Shown piece after piece: positions 27,309 to 38,300 of a stretch of DNA of 64,000 nt. Every line of letters starts with the position of its first letter. The stretch's first letter is position 1. The translations under genes were made by a program, and so were the position numbers. Below the pieces are notes generated by a model. That model saw only the letters and a list, made by a program, of their open reading frames with translations, had not been told where the DNA came from and ran no database searches. Source of the stretch: a virus. Location: positions 1-64,000 of IMG/VR virus record IMGVR_UViG_3300045988_108506. One strand, written 5' to 3'.

Positions 27309-27668
27309 ATGATCAGTGTTATGGAATTGATTTTGAAACAGAAGAAGAGGAGGATGAAGAATATGACGGATGAGGAATTTGCATTAGATAATAAGAAAAA
27401 AGTTGTTGTAAGAAAAAGAATATCCTATTTAAGCAAAGGGGATAAAGTGTGGATCGTGTCTTCCGACGGCTACCTGCTACACACGGACGTCGTTCGGCGG
27501 GATCGGGGCCGATCTTATGTGGATATAGACGGGATACTGTATTGGAAGCGAGGATTAGATGGCAAGCATCGTAATCGTAATAACTACATGCAGTTTGCCA
27601 TGACGCCGGAGGACGGTAAGAAGTATGTCGTATATTACCCGGAAGGATTTAAAGACAATGACTTATGA
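27309..27668 (+). CDS. hypothetical protein (119 aa)
   Basis: Six-frame ORF. Confidence 0.5.
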   Translation: MISVMELILKQKKRRMKNMTDEEFALDNKKKVVVRKRISYLSKGDKVWIVSSDGYLLHTDVVRRDRGRSYVDIDGILYWKRGLDGKHRNRNNYMQFAMTPEDGKKYVVYYPEGFKDNDL

Positions 27669-28684
27669 TGGTCCCGGAAACGCATTTGCTATATAAGGAG
27701 TTTAATGGCGTGAAACGTCTTGCCATTTCCTATTCCCAGATAGATACGTTTCTTACCTGTCCAATGAAATGGTATAAGACTTACGTAGAGGGCAAAAGGT
27801 CTACGGAAAAACAAGAAGCTACGTCTTATGGTACGGTTATCCATAAGACACTGGAATACTTCTTTAAGAACGGAAGACAGCCTTCTGGAAAAGACCTGGG
27901 GGAAGCTATAAGTTACTATGCTTACCAAGAAGACATACCTTGGCAATCACCGGAAAATATGATGATAGCCATGAAGCAATCCGGGGAGCTTCTTGCTTGG
28001 ATTGTGGATCTGTTCAAAAAAGACGGCAATAGGTTTATGATAGCTGATAGTGATCTTAATCCCTGCGAGAAACTTATCAGACACAGCGCTATAGTTGGAG
28101 TCGAAGAAGATTTTGTGCTGCCGTACCGTCTTCCTAAGCCTGTTAACATAAATGGAGTAATTCATACTCATGTGTACATAGTAGGATCGGTAGACCTTCA
28201 TCTGGCTATAAAAAGCAAGAACGTAGTTCACCATTATGTCATAGATTGGAAATCAGGTAATAAGGTTTTTGATTCTAAGAAGTTGGAAACAAATTTACAG
28301 CATCCTATATATTCATTTTACATCTATAGAAGATATGGTGGGGTTCTACCAGATATGAACATCTATTTCTTTACCAGGACCAGGCAGTACCAAAAGGTTA
28401 AGGTAGATGAGGAACGTAAAACAAAATCTATAGAGATGCTAAATGACACTTTGTCTAAAATGTATGATTTTGAAGATAATAGTGTAAAATCATTTCAAGC
28501 GTACATCCAGGGAGCAGAAGGAGCCAGGTATAGCAAGCGGCGTGCCACCCTAAGCCAGCCTGTTTCGCAAAACAAGCTACCCTGCCCGTCAGCACTGTGT
28601 TATTATTGTGACTTTGGATTACATAACAAAAACGAATGCCCTTTCTCTTCGGATTGGGATCCGTCTAAAAAGATAAAACGATGA
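27665..28684 (+). CDS. Cas4/RecB-like PD-(D/E)xK exonuclease with a C-terminal Cys cluster
   Basis: SYSQIDTFLTCPMKWY N-terminal motif, VIDWKSG (motif III-like), and C-terminal CPSALCYYCDF...ECPF cysteines typical of the Cas4 Fe-S nuclease family. Confidence 0.65.
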   Translation: MMVPETHLLYKEFNGVKRLAISYSQIDTFLTCPMKWYKTYVEGKRSTEKQEATSYGTVIHKTLEYFFKNGRQPSGKDLGEAISYYAYQEDIPWQSPENMMIAMKQSGELLAWIVDLFKKDGNRFMIADSDLNPCEKLIRHSAIVGVEEDFVLPYRLPKPVNINGVIHTHVYIVGSVDLHLAIKSKNVVHHYVIDWKSGNKVFDSKKLETNLQHPIYSFYIYRRYGGVLPDMNIYFFTRTRQYQKVKVDEERKTKSIEMLNDTLSKMYDFEDNSVKSFQAYIQGAEGARYSKRRATLSQPVSQNKLPCPSALCYYCDFGLHNKNECPFSSDWDPSKKIKR

Positions 28685-28854
28685 AATACGAGGACGTTCA
28701 AAAGTTAAGAACAAAATACCGGCAAGATCCGGAAGTTATAAACGTAGAATACATGAGAGACGTTGCTGTAAGATGTGGGAATTTCAAGAAAGCATTTGAA
28801 CTTCAGGAGAAGCTGGAGGATATATGGTTTAACTACTTAAAGGGAGTCCAATGA
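28681..28854 (+). CDS. small hypothetical protein (57 aa), below the ORF-track cutoff
   Basis: ATGA overlap with the nuclease stop. Ends with an ATGA overlap with the next gene. Confidence 0.35.
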   Translation: MKYEDVQKLRTKYRQDPEVINVEYMRDVAVRCGNFKKAFELQEKLEDIWFNYLKGVQ

Positions 28855-29165
28855 AAGAAGATCTAATATGTGGAGTAGCGATCCTTTTGTATTTAGTTTT
28901 ATTATACTTGCTCACGACAGCTTTCATAAAAACAGGTAGAGCAGTAGATCGTTATAAGATGAAGAAGAAAACTGACAAAATCAAAGTAGGTCAAAGATAC
29001 GAACATAAGAACTACTTTGAGGATCCATTTGAAAGAGGCAAGCATGTGATTAAGATATTAGACATAAAAGAAGGGTACGTTCTATATGAGTACGAAGAAA
29101 AACCATATATACGTTCTTCTGTGAGTCTTGAAGATATTGTTAAAAAAATACATTTTAATTACTGA
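28851..29165 (+). CDS. hypothetical protein with an N-terminal TM helix (104 aa)
   Basis: Six-frame ORF. Confidence 0.5.
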   Translation: MKEDLICGVAILLYLVLLYLLTTAFIKTGRAVDRYKMKKKTDKIKVGQRYEHKNYFEDPFERGKHVIKILDIKEGYVLYEYEEKPYIRSSVSLEDIVKKIHFNY

Positions 29166-29184
29166 TGTTAAACACAAGTAAGTC

Positions 29185-29562
29185 ATGAAAAAAGAAGTCA
29201 CAATCAAGGAAGATATGGCTGTGTTTTATAAAAATACAGGAAAAGAACTATGGATTTATAACGGACTTTTCAGAAACAAGGTGTTGTCTATAAAAAAAGA
29301 TAAAGCCATTATCATGTGTGAAACTGATGCTGAATATGCTGTACTGATAGAAGATAATCAGTTTATTGCCGTAGCAAAAAACATGGATTATGATTACTGC
29401 TGCGCATTCACATTAGGTAATGCCGAGGCTTATGGGGATCGTATGGGCATATCGTGCAGTGTATGCTTGCTTGAAGATAACGAAGATAAAGCAAGGGAGA
29501 TGTTGAAAGAGGCGATAATAGAACTTTCAAAAAACAGTAAAATAGATTGCGATGGGCTTTGA
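29185..29562 (+). CDS. hypothetical protein (125 aa)
   Basis: Six-frame ORF. Confidence 0.5.
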   Translation: MKKEVTIKEDMAVFYKNTGKELWIYNGLFRNKVLSIKKDKAIIMCETDAEYAVLIEDNQFIAVAKNMDYDYCCAFTLGNAEAYGDRMGISCSVCLLEDNEDKAREMLKEAIIELSKNSKIDCDGL

Positions 29563-30973
29563 ACTTAGACCTTACCAAAAAGAGGCAGTAGATGCCGGGC
29601 TTAAGTTCCTTACAGGAAGATCTAAGAAGCCTGGCATAATCGTAGCCCCATGCGGATGTGGAAAGAGCCTTCTGATATCCAAGATAGCACATGAAATAAA
29701 TAGACCGACATTAGTATTACAGCCCTCAAAAGAGATTCTGGAGCAGAATTATGCGAAGGCCGTATCATTCGGTTCTGAACCTACTATATATTCTGCTTCA
29801 TGTGGTATAAAGGAGCTGTCGGCTATGACTTATGCAACATTAAAGAGCATAAAGAAAGATGTAGCGAGGTTGAAGGATATAGGGATAGATACCTTATTGA
29901 TAGACGAATGTCATTCAGGATATTCTCCTGAAGAAGGTTCTGAATTTATGGAGTTTATGAACGGGTTTCCAGAGGCGAAGGTGCTGGGCTTCACCGCCAC
30001 TCCCTGCCGCCTCCGAACCTACAGTTCCATGCTGGAAGGAAACTACAGCAAGCTCAATATGCTGACGAAAGACGAGCATAACTTCTTCAAGAAAATAGTT
30101 CATGTGACTCAAATACAAGAACTAACTTCTCAAGGGTTTTGGTGTCCACTTAAGTACGAACGATGGTCGTTTGATGAATCGGCTCTGATGTTAAACAGTA
30201 CCGGAGCCGAATACACCAACGAATCTATTAAAGAAAGTATTGTACGAAATGGCTTAAACAACTCTATCTACAAGCGCCTTCTTCAACTTATGAACGAACG
30301 TAAAGCCATTTTGGTTTGCATGGATTCTATTGAATCATGTAATAGAATATCAGAGTTCATGAATGCCAAGATGGGAGCCATAACCGGTGTCGTAACATCG
30401 CTAACAACCAAAAAGAAAAGAGAACAAATCATATCCGATTTCAAAGAAGGCAAGTTGAAGGTGGTTTTTAATTATTCAACGCTTGCTACCGGATTTGACT
30501 TTCCTGAACTTGACTGCGTGATGTTTGGGCGTCCAACATTCTCATATTCAGTATTTTACCAGATTGTAGGCCGTGCCGTTCGCATCCATCCTGACAAGAA
30601 AGAGGCACTGATAGTTGATTGCTGCGACAACATGAGACGCTTTGGTCGGATAGAAGACCTGACAATCGAGCAATTCCCTTCTAAGGGCTGGTGTATGTTT
30701 GCCGGCGATCAACTTCTGTCCAATATAAGGATGGGTGATATTATTACCAAAGACGAAATCCTTCGCCGGGCAGCCTCGCTTAAATCTGTGAATGGAGATG
30801 GTAGGAGAGAAGACGATCTTGACAGTATAATAATGTGGTTTGGAAAATATGAAGGAATTAGATTCAAGGACATACCGGTGTCGTATTTTAGGTTCTTGGC
30901 TGAGAATATGGCAGTAAAACCAGGAGATAGAAAAGAAAAGATTATCGAATATTATAATAGAATAAAAGCATGA
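29552..30973 (+). CDS. SF2 DExH-box helicase (ResIII/UvsW-like)
   Basis: RPYQ, APCGCGKS (Walker A), LLIDECH (motif II), GFTATP (motif III) and QIVGRAVRI (motif VI). Confidence 0.75.
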   Translation: MGFELRPYQKEAVDAGLKFLTGRSKKPGIIVAPCGCGKSLLISKIAHEINRPTLVLQPSKEILEQNYAKAVSFGSEPTIYSASCGIKELSAMTYATLKSIKKDVARLKDIGIDTLLIDECHSGYSPEEGSEFMEFMNGFPEAKVLGFTATPCRLRTYSSMLEGNYSKLNMLTKDEHNFFKKIVHVTQIQELTSQGFWCPLKYERWSFDESALMLNSTGAEYTNESIKESIVRNGLNNSIYKRLLQLMNERKAILVCMDSIESCNRISEFMNAKMGAITGVVTSLTTKKKREQIISDFKEGKLKVVFNYSTLATGFDFPELDCVMFGRPTFSYSVFYQIVGRAVRIHPDKKEALIVDCCDNMRRFGRIEDLTIEQFPSKGWCMFAGDQLLSNIRMGDIITKDEILRRAASLKSVNGDGRREDDLDSIIMWFGKYEGIRFKDIPVSYFRFLAENMAVKPGDRKEKIIEYYNRIKA

Positions 30974-31326
30974 ACGACAAGAGAAGAAAAAAAATATTGG
31001 GTGTTATTAAAAACGTAGATAAGTATAAAACAGATTTTGAATACATCAAATCAAAGTTATCGGAGTTGAAGTATAACATAAATTCAGCCAAAGATGATGT
31101 TGATATGATTTTAGACGAAGAGACTGAGGCGAGAGATAATATACCGGAATCGTTACAAGACTCAGAAAAATATTGGGAATCAGATCAGGCTGTAGCTGAT
31201 ATGGAAGAGGTGGTTGATGACATGGAAGGCATTATAAACGATTTAGATGATGTGATTTCAACCATAGATGGGAGCATTAAAACTATAAATGGTTCTATTA
31301 AAGTAAATTTGGAAGGAATAATATAA
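30970..31326 (+). CDS. hypothetical acidic protein (118 aa)
   Basis: Six-frame ORF. Confidence 0.5.
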   Translation: MNDKRRKKILGVIKNVDKYKTDFEYIKSKLSELKYNINSAKDDVDMILDEETEARDNIPESLQDSEKYWESDQAVADMEEVVDDMEGIINDLDDVISTIDGSIKTINGSIKVNLEGII

Positions 31327-31632
31327 ATGGAAACAAGTGAATTAAGGGAAATACTTAAATTGTATGGTCTTCAACATGATGTTGTTATCAACAAGAGTTC
31401 AAGAAGGTATTCTATTATCTTAGATAATAACATAATAGGAACCAATCACGACAAAGAGAGGGTGGTTGTGTTCCGTCCTATACCGGAAGGGAAAAACACA
31501 TTCTGCATGGAGCGAGATAGGTTCTACACGGAGTTTGAAGAAGCTTTTGATGACGATAAAGCCATAGAAGCCGTAAGACAATATTTTGAAAACAATAAAA
31601 CAGAAAGTCATGAACGAAAACGAAATATTTAG
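31327..31632 (+). CDS. hypothetical protein (101 aa)
   Basis: Six-frame ORF. Confidence 0.5.
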   Translation: METSELREILKLYGLQHDVVINKSSRRYSIILDNNIIGTNHDKERVVVFRPIPEGKNTFCMERDRFYTEFEEAFDDDKAIEAVRQYFENNKTESHERKRNI

Positions 31633-31957
31633 GTTGAAGGGCAGAATAGCCATATCTAACCTATCACGTGAGGATAAGAACATGATAAATAGCATCCTTG
31701 ATGGTGTCAACAAAAAGGATGAAGAGGAAAAAGGATATGTCTATACCGTGAGAGTAAAACTAAACAACGGAAAGGTTGTACATGCTACTTTATTTTTTAA
31801 AAGCAAGACAGGTTCCACATTTGAAGAATTAAAGAAGGAGCTTGATGATATGGGAGTTAAAGATGATGATTATAGCAATAACGGCATAATTATCATTAAC
31901 CGCATTGTTATGAGCGGAGAAGAATTTGATCGCTTTATAGGCGAAGAAGAAAAATAA
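31586..31957 (+). CDS. hypothetical protein (123 aa)
   Basis: Six-frame ORF. Confidence 0.5.
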   Translation: MKTIKQKVMNENEIFRLKGRIAISNLSREDKNMINSILDGVNKKDEEEKGYVYTVRVKLNNGKVVHATLFFKSKTGSTFEELKKELDDMGVKDDDYSNNGIIIINRIVMSGEEFDRFIGEEEK

Positions 31958-32001
31958 TGGACTATATCATTATACTAATTGATTAAAACAACGATAAAAC
32001 G

Positions 32002-32568
32002 ATGGAAAAAATGGACAATAATACTAAAAACATCCTTTATCCAAAAGGATCTATTTTTCAAACACTGAAAGATGATAAGATAGATAAAAACACTATAATA
32101 TACAAAGGATCTTTAGTGACTTCAGCAACAAACATAAAAGAAAATGACAAGTTTGCTGAAGTTTATTACAATGGAGACGCAATTATTATAGAAACAGACA
32201 TTATGGAACTTATTCGTGTAGGAGATCCAGAAAAAAGTACTTCAATAAAATCAGTGAAAAATGACATCATTGACGACAAACTACGATGGGATTTGCTTCC
32301 GATGGAAGAAATTGAGGACATTGTAAAAGTCTATCATGCCGGAGCCAAAAAATATGGGTCTAATAATTGGCAGAATCTTGACAACGGATTTGAGCGGTAT
32401 CGAGCTGCAATGTTTCGACACCTGATGGAATACATGAAAGGAGAAAGAGTGGATTCCGATACAGGATGTTTTCATCTTGCACAATGTGCATGGAACTGCA
32501 TAGCTATGCTGTGGTATGACAAGCATGGAAAAGGGTTGATACCATTAAATAAGGAGGAAAAGAAATGA
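32002..32568 (+). CDS. hypothetical protein; C-terminal half resembles the phage dATP/dGTP-diphosphohydrolase N-terminal (DUF5664-like) domain
   Basis: The WDLLPMEEIEDIVKVYHAGAKKYGSNNW...RHLMEY...GCFHLAQCAWNC pattern resembles that domain as recalled from memory. Unverified. Confidence 0.5.
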   Translation: MEKMDNNTKNILYPKGSIFQTLKDDKIDKNTIIYKGSLVTSATNIKENDKFAEVYYNGDAIIIETDIMELIRVGDPEKSTSIKSVKNDIIDDKLRWDLLPMEEIEDIVKVYHAGAKKYGSNNWQNLDNGFERYRAAMFRHLMEYMKGERVDSDTGCFHLAQCAWNCIAMLWYDKHGKGLIPLNKEEKK

Positions 32569-33041
32569 CAATAGAACAACTAAATTATTTATTAAGAAAA
32601 GAGCTTTATGCTATAAAAAAACATAAAGACAATATTGATAGAATCAAAAAAGAATATTTTGATTCCAATTATGGGTTAAAAGAAGGAGATAAGATCCGTA
32701 TTTTACACGAAACAGGAGATGAAATGATAGGCTTCTTGAAACCAGAATGGTATGAATTGTACGAAAGGGAATTAGAAGAATGTGATAGGTTTATATGGAT
32801 TACAGATGCGTGCATGAGAGACGGTGTAATAAGAAAAGTAAAAGCTAAAATAGAAGAGTATGGTGGTCTTTTGTTAGCCGACATTCCTGATAGGATCACT
32901 CCTTATGAAATAGGAAGGGATGCTTTTGAGAGCAAAGAAGAAGCTTTAAAACATGCAGAGAAACGGAGAACGTACCTGATCGAGTCTACTAAGAAACAAT
33001 TGAATGAACTTGAAAATCTAAAATTTAAATGCGATGATTAA
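32565..33041 (+). CDS. hypothetical protein (158 aa)
   Basis: Six-frame ORF. Confidence 0.5.
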   Translation: MTIEQLNYLLRKELYAIKKHKDNIDRIKKEYFDSNYGLKEGDKIRILHETGDEMIGFLKPEWYELYERELEECDRFIWITDACMRDGVIRKVKAKIEEYGGLLLADIPDRITPYEIGRDAFESKEEALKHAEKRRTYLIESTKKQLNELENLKFKCDD

Positions 33042-33747
33042 CTACGCGGCAAAAGCCAGAAAAGCTTATTTGATAAACAATTTCGATAAGATTCTTAACA
33101 GTCTCAACACGCTTCATTCAACGGTTGAAACCATGACGTTGTTCGTAAACGACCAGGCTTATAATTACATTCTTAAGCTAAAGGAAGTAATTAAAACCAG
33201 TCCTATGTATAAGCACAATATCAAGCGTCTTTTAAATGATATGGACAAAGAGATAAAGAGGTACAATGCTTCTATCTACTACATAAATAAAGAGCGTAGT
33301 GAGGTTATAGCTGATATAACACAAGCGATGGAAGATTGCCTCATGCCATACATAGACGACCTGGCCGGCGCTATAAGGGCAGCCGTGTGGTCGAAGGGTG
33401 TGTCCGAGGAGTGGACGGAAGCGGCGGTACTGTCCCTAATCGTATCCTCCTTGGCCACGACATCAGGCAGACTTATCTCAGGTGGATATCAGATCATGAA
33501 AGAAATGGGTGGGGGTCAAGGTGGTAATCCATTTACGTTTATGAGCATTGATAAGATAAGACACTTATCTACATCATTATCTGATGCTATTATCGGTGGG
33601 GAAATAGCTCTTGAGGAAAAAGAAGCCAATGACATAACTAAGGCAATGGATATTTTTATTGAGAAAATGTCTGATTCGGATATTGTTGATAAGGTGATCA
33701 GCATACTTGAAGAGGCTGAATCTAAAAATAAGGAGGAGCGATCGTGA
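33034..33747 (+). CDS. hypothetical protein (237 aa)
   Basis: Six-frame ORF. Confidence 0.55.
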   Translation: MINYAAKARKAYLINNFDKILNSLNTLHSTVETMTLFVNDQAYNYILKLKEVIKTSPMYKHNIKRLLNDMDKEIKRYNASIYYINKERSEVIADITQAMEDCLMPYIDDLAGAIRAAVWSKGVSEEWTEAAVLSLIVSSLATTSGRLISGGYQIMKEMGGGQGGNPFTFMSIDKIRHLSTSLSDAIIGGEIALEEKEANDITKAMDIFIEKMSDSDIVDKVISILEEAESKNKEERS

Positions 33748-33935
33748 ATTATTTGGATGGGTATGTAGAAGAAGTTCTTTCTGAGCCGTACTATGATGAT
33801 TATGGCTCTGGGGTTTTTAGGTGGTGGGTGAAAGTGTCTTACGTTTGTGAAGGCATAGGAGCTGTCACTACCTTAATGTTTGATACGAGAGAAGAAGCAG
33901 AGGCAGTAAAAATAGGTTATAAATTTTTATGTTGA
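33744..33935 (+). CDS. hypothetical protein (63 aa)
   Basis: Six-frame ORF. Confidence 0.4.
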   Translation: MNYLDGYVEEVLSEPYYDDYGSGVFRWWVKVSYVCEGIGAVTTLMFDTREEAEAVKIGYKFLC

Positions 33936-33942
33936 AAATAAT

Positions 33943-34320
33943 ATGAGGTATTTTGTTTTATTGATGGCACTTGTGTTATCATCATGTTCGCATGATGATA
34001 GTCAGGTTAATAACGGATGGGTTAGGATAGACGGTGAAAGCTGGGTGCTTAAGCCTATGGTGGAAAACGTACCGAGCGGATGGAACAGCCTTGGATGTGG
34101 TGGAAGAAAGATGTATATCAATATCGAAGGGAAAGGCATTGTTGTATCAAATAACTGCTGGTGCCAAGGTGATGTTTCGGACGCATTCAAGGATCTTATG
34201 CCTGATAATGCTACTTGGGCTACGAAGGAGGAATTTGACAAAGCTCCTGTAGTAGGATATATTGTAGAAGGTATTGGTTTAGTTTTCACAGATAGGGAAG
34301 GTCATGAAGTTAATGCTTAG
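33943..34320 (+). CDS. putative lipoprotein (125 aa; signal peptide with LSSC lipobox)
   Basis: MRYFVLLMALVLSSCSHDD matches a type II signal peptide and lipobox. Last gene of the + block. Confidence 0.55.
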   Translation: MRYFVLLMALVLSSCSHDDSQVNNGWVRIDGESWVLKPMVENVPSGWNSLGCGGRKMYINIEGKGIVVSNNCWCQGDVSDAFKDLMPDNATWATKEEFDKAPVVGYIVEGIGLVFTDREGHEVNA

Positions 34321-34675
34321 AAACTTGTTTCATATTCCTCTTAGAATAGTTGAAAGGAAATTAACTAATGGGGAAGTAGAATATTGATGCCAATATCAAA
34401 ACATTTTTGGGAAATGGAAAAACAGGATAAAATACGATATGTTTGGCATGTCGTGTTATGCTGTTTTTTATTCATTCGAAGATGCGTATGAATTTAATTA
34501 TGGTAAGAACAAAGAAGAAAATGTAAAGGTAGTGGATTCTTGTTACAAGAAAAGATGGTAACTACAATAATCCCCGGCCATACAATAGGTGTACGGTTGG
34601 GGATTATTGTAATATATGATTAATAACCGTCTTATCTTATACTAATACATTTTAGTACTATTTTTATATCTTTTA

Positions 34676-35212
34676 TTATAATTCTACATAGGTGTCAATA
34701 GGAACAAAGCTGCCAATTGTACTTATCTTATATATTGAATGAATAAGGTGAGTACTTGGACTTAATTTCAGTTGAGGTACTTGATTGGATCCTTCTGTAA
34801 TAAAGAAATAATAAAAAACGTCTCCAATCGTAAACCGTAACATAATATCACCTGTTACCGATCCTTCATTAAAGTAAGCCTGGATATATTGTCCAGAATT
34901 TGATATCGTACAATTTATAGGATTACCGCCCATCGTACATACCTTGCTATTATTAATTTCATCTAAAACATAGGAAGCCGCCATAGTTGCTCCATTAGAT
35001 CGGTATCTACAACCAAGAATAGGTACAGGATTTCGCCATGTGGTTGTAGGGGCCGAAATCGAACAAGCAAAAACAGGGATCTTGCCGCCAGCAACTGTAT
35101 TAATATTTTCAAATCTTCGTCTCATGATTTTTGTTTGCAAGATAGCAATAATTGACAACATAAAAGAAACCGGTTCCCTATCATCTCTGACTGAGAACCG
35201 GTAAGAAAACAA
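34676..35212 (-). CDS. hypothetical protein (178 aa), last gene of the - block
   Basis: Six-frame ORF. Confidence 0.5.
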   Translation of the reverse strand: MFSYRFSVRDDREPVSFMLSIIAILQTKIMRRRFENINTVAGGKIPVFACSISAPTTTWRNPVPILGCRYRSNGATMAASYVLDEINNSKVCTMGGNPINCTISNSGQYIQAYFNEGSVTGDIMLRFTIGDVFYYFFITEGSNQVPQLKLSPSTHLIHSIYKISTIGSFVPIDTYVEL

Positions 35213-35338
35213 TTTCAGAAAAAATTAAACCTACATAATCTTTCAAGTAAGAACAAAAAACGTACAATCTACTCTTTGACGATGCTAATATAACATATTG
35301 GAATCATACAAAAACAATGCAAGTCCGATATTCTTCGT

Positions 35339-38300
35339 CTACTTGTAGCTAACATCATCGTCCCCTTCCGAATCAGGAGTAGCGCCGATGAAGAACATCA
35401 TTGACTTGTTGTTCGTCTGCTGCCACCAATTATAGGCGCGCGCTACGTCTTCCGGCGTCTTGATATTATACCATTGTTTGATAAACGTCTGTTTGGCGAG
35501 TTGCCTAAATAACTTAGACTCTCCCTTGTATGTACCGGATGTTACTTTATCAAGTGAATAATTCCTAAGATCGGTAAGATCCTTCAGTTTTCGCCCCATA
35601 ACAAACGGATCGTTAATGATATCTACCACGTTAAGCTCCATAATAAACGGCATCTGTGAAGCTATTTCGTTTATGGTTCTGAATCCGACATAGGATCCAA
35701 ATTGAGTAAGCCAACTTTCTTCGTTTTCATCATCATCACGCCATCCGGCAAGAAGCATAGATACGGCCTGCATGATAAGGAACGTGCCGGCATAGACACT
35801 GAGACGTTTGAGATTGGTTTTTTCTACCTCATTCATATTGTCTTTATTTTCATTCCAGGCATCTATGATGTTTTTCATACCAGACTCGGAAGCCAGGCTA
35901 AATGTTTTGGCTATCATATTCTTTAACGTAATTGACAACCCTTCCTCTTCTTGCATTGTCTGGAAATTGAAGCCACGTCTTTTCCACAGACGTTGAGCCG
36001 CCAGCACCAACCATCCTCGGTGGGCGGTCATGAACCTGGCTATCCAGTTGCGCGATGCGGCAGTTCGGTTTTCTTCATTCAAAGATCCGTTGCATATCTG
36101 CGACAAGCTACGAACTTGATTTCTGGTTATAGCCATCTGGGTTTCTACTTCCTCAACAGTAACACCCGATCCTGGCTTTACAACCACCTTCCCATCCACG
36201 ACGTCTACCATACTCCATAAAGTACGATCTTTTAATGCGTTCCATTCTCTTTTTATGGTACTCTGTTCTTTACCACGTTCTTTTTCCATCTTGAAATCTT
36301 GGAACGTGTAGAACCGGCCTTTGTAATAACGAACATTGTCCATAGTAGCAATCATAACCTGCGGATCAAGAGGGTAGTTCAGGATTTCCATAAAAGCATA
36401 CATAGGCGAACGCATTAAGGTCCTGGCCGCTCTATTGTATCCGGCACCATACATACGATTTCGGATATTGAATATCCCCATTCTCTCACCTATGACATAT
36501 AATTTGCTTTTCCTATCTATGTCTCCGGTTTCTGCTATACAAGATGGAGCAAGGCGTGAAAATTCAGCCGATGCGTATTTAAGGGAGTCTTTGCTTATAT
36601 ACTGTCCTACGGCAGATTCCATGATGAGGTTGATATGACCTGTTAAGGCGCCGGTAGCTGCCACAAATGGAGACAGTGCCAAGTTCATGACCGACATAAA
36701 CCTTTCAACAGCCATCATAATTCTTGTAAGGTCTACCGTATATCCTCCGATGTTCACCGTAAGTTTTTTGGTGTTCATCCTAATGCCATAATAATGATCG
36801 TTGAAGAAGTCCCTGAACATCTGATATGCTTGGGTTGCTTCAGCCTTTTTACCACCTTCAAATTGTTTATTTAGTAACATCTGCTCCAGTCCTTGAGCGA
36901 GCTCTATAGACTTCTGCTTTTCGTTGTATAACGATGACTGCATCATAAGCATCGAATAAGAGTAGCCAAAATCGTGAGATACATCATCTTGGTTCTCCAA
37001 TTCATATATGTAGTATTTAGGTATAGACCTAAGCCTGTCTTCTGGATCATACACTTCTCCTTGCCTGGTCTTACCATATAGAGAATCGTCTACTCTGTCC
37101 AGGCACAGATCTGATACAAAATTACGAACCGTATTTTTGAAGTTAATACCCAATCCTTCTACACGTTCTATATCTTGTTTGGATATCTGTGGAATAGCAT
37201 ACAGGTTCGGGCTCTGCTCTTTGTATAGATCAAGGGATTGTCTTTTTATTTCCTTGAGTTTTTGAATCATATTCCACTGCTCTACGTTTTTAGTAGCAAC
37301 CTCATTACCGTCAGCATCATACTTGATACCAAAGTCATTGAAATACGATTCGTCACGATACAGGCTTTTCTTAGGCATTCGATGACCATACCCATGATCT
37401 TTTACATAATCAGGATTACGACCGCTATTTTCGGCTTCAGATTCAGCCACCCATGCCCTTGCAGGGTCGAAAGACAAGTACGATATGTCCATGCCATAAT
37501 CTTGGGTGGATGTACCGTTTTGTACGTCCTTAACCATTTGCGCCACATCTATCTCACCTCGACCGATTTTGTCGATCATAGCTGCATATCCGGTAGGCGC
37601 CATGCGTTTATAGTACGAAAAAACCTGGCTTCTGGCAAATTCATTAACAATAGCATTAGCTTCTTCTACGCCCTCTTCTCTTGTATTATTTAAAAATAAG
37701 CTGGCCATCTTAGCATTAACAGCATTCCTGAAATCTCTACCGTCTAATTCTTTGCTTATACCAAGCTTTTCTGACAGGTAGTTGGTTTCAGATACGGTAA
37801 ACAGATATCGGTTATCAGCAGCCTTAAACAGCTTATCCCTTAAAGCCTGAATCCTTTTTGCTTTCTTCGCCGTAGTATGACGTTGTACGAACTTCCATTC
37901 CACTTCCTTGGAGTCAGCAAGAGCATTTAAATAAGACTGATTTACTTCGTTTTCAGCCTTACTGCTTTTAGTAAGGTACTTATCAATATCTTCAAGACCC
38001 ACCATCTTAGCATAATCTATCAAAATAGCGTAATCGGCTTCAATAGCTTCAGATGCGGCCCTAAAAGCATCTCTTTCAGATGAGGTAAATGTCGCTTCGT
38101 TAATCTCTCCGATATCAGCCACATCGCGATTGTTTCCGATTATTTCCTTGATAATAGCCTTATTTTTTTCTATATCTTTCACAATAGAATCCACGTCAGT
38201 CGCATCTCTATCACTTGTCGTAGAACTAATGATATCATGCGCCATTTTAAGATACGAAGCCTTGTTATTTGATTCGGTACGTGCCGACTGTTCTGATTCT

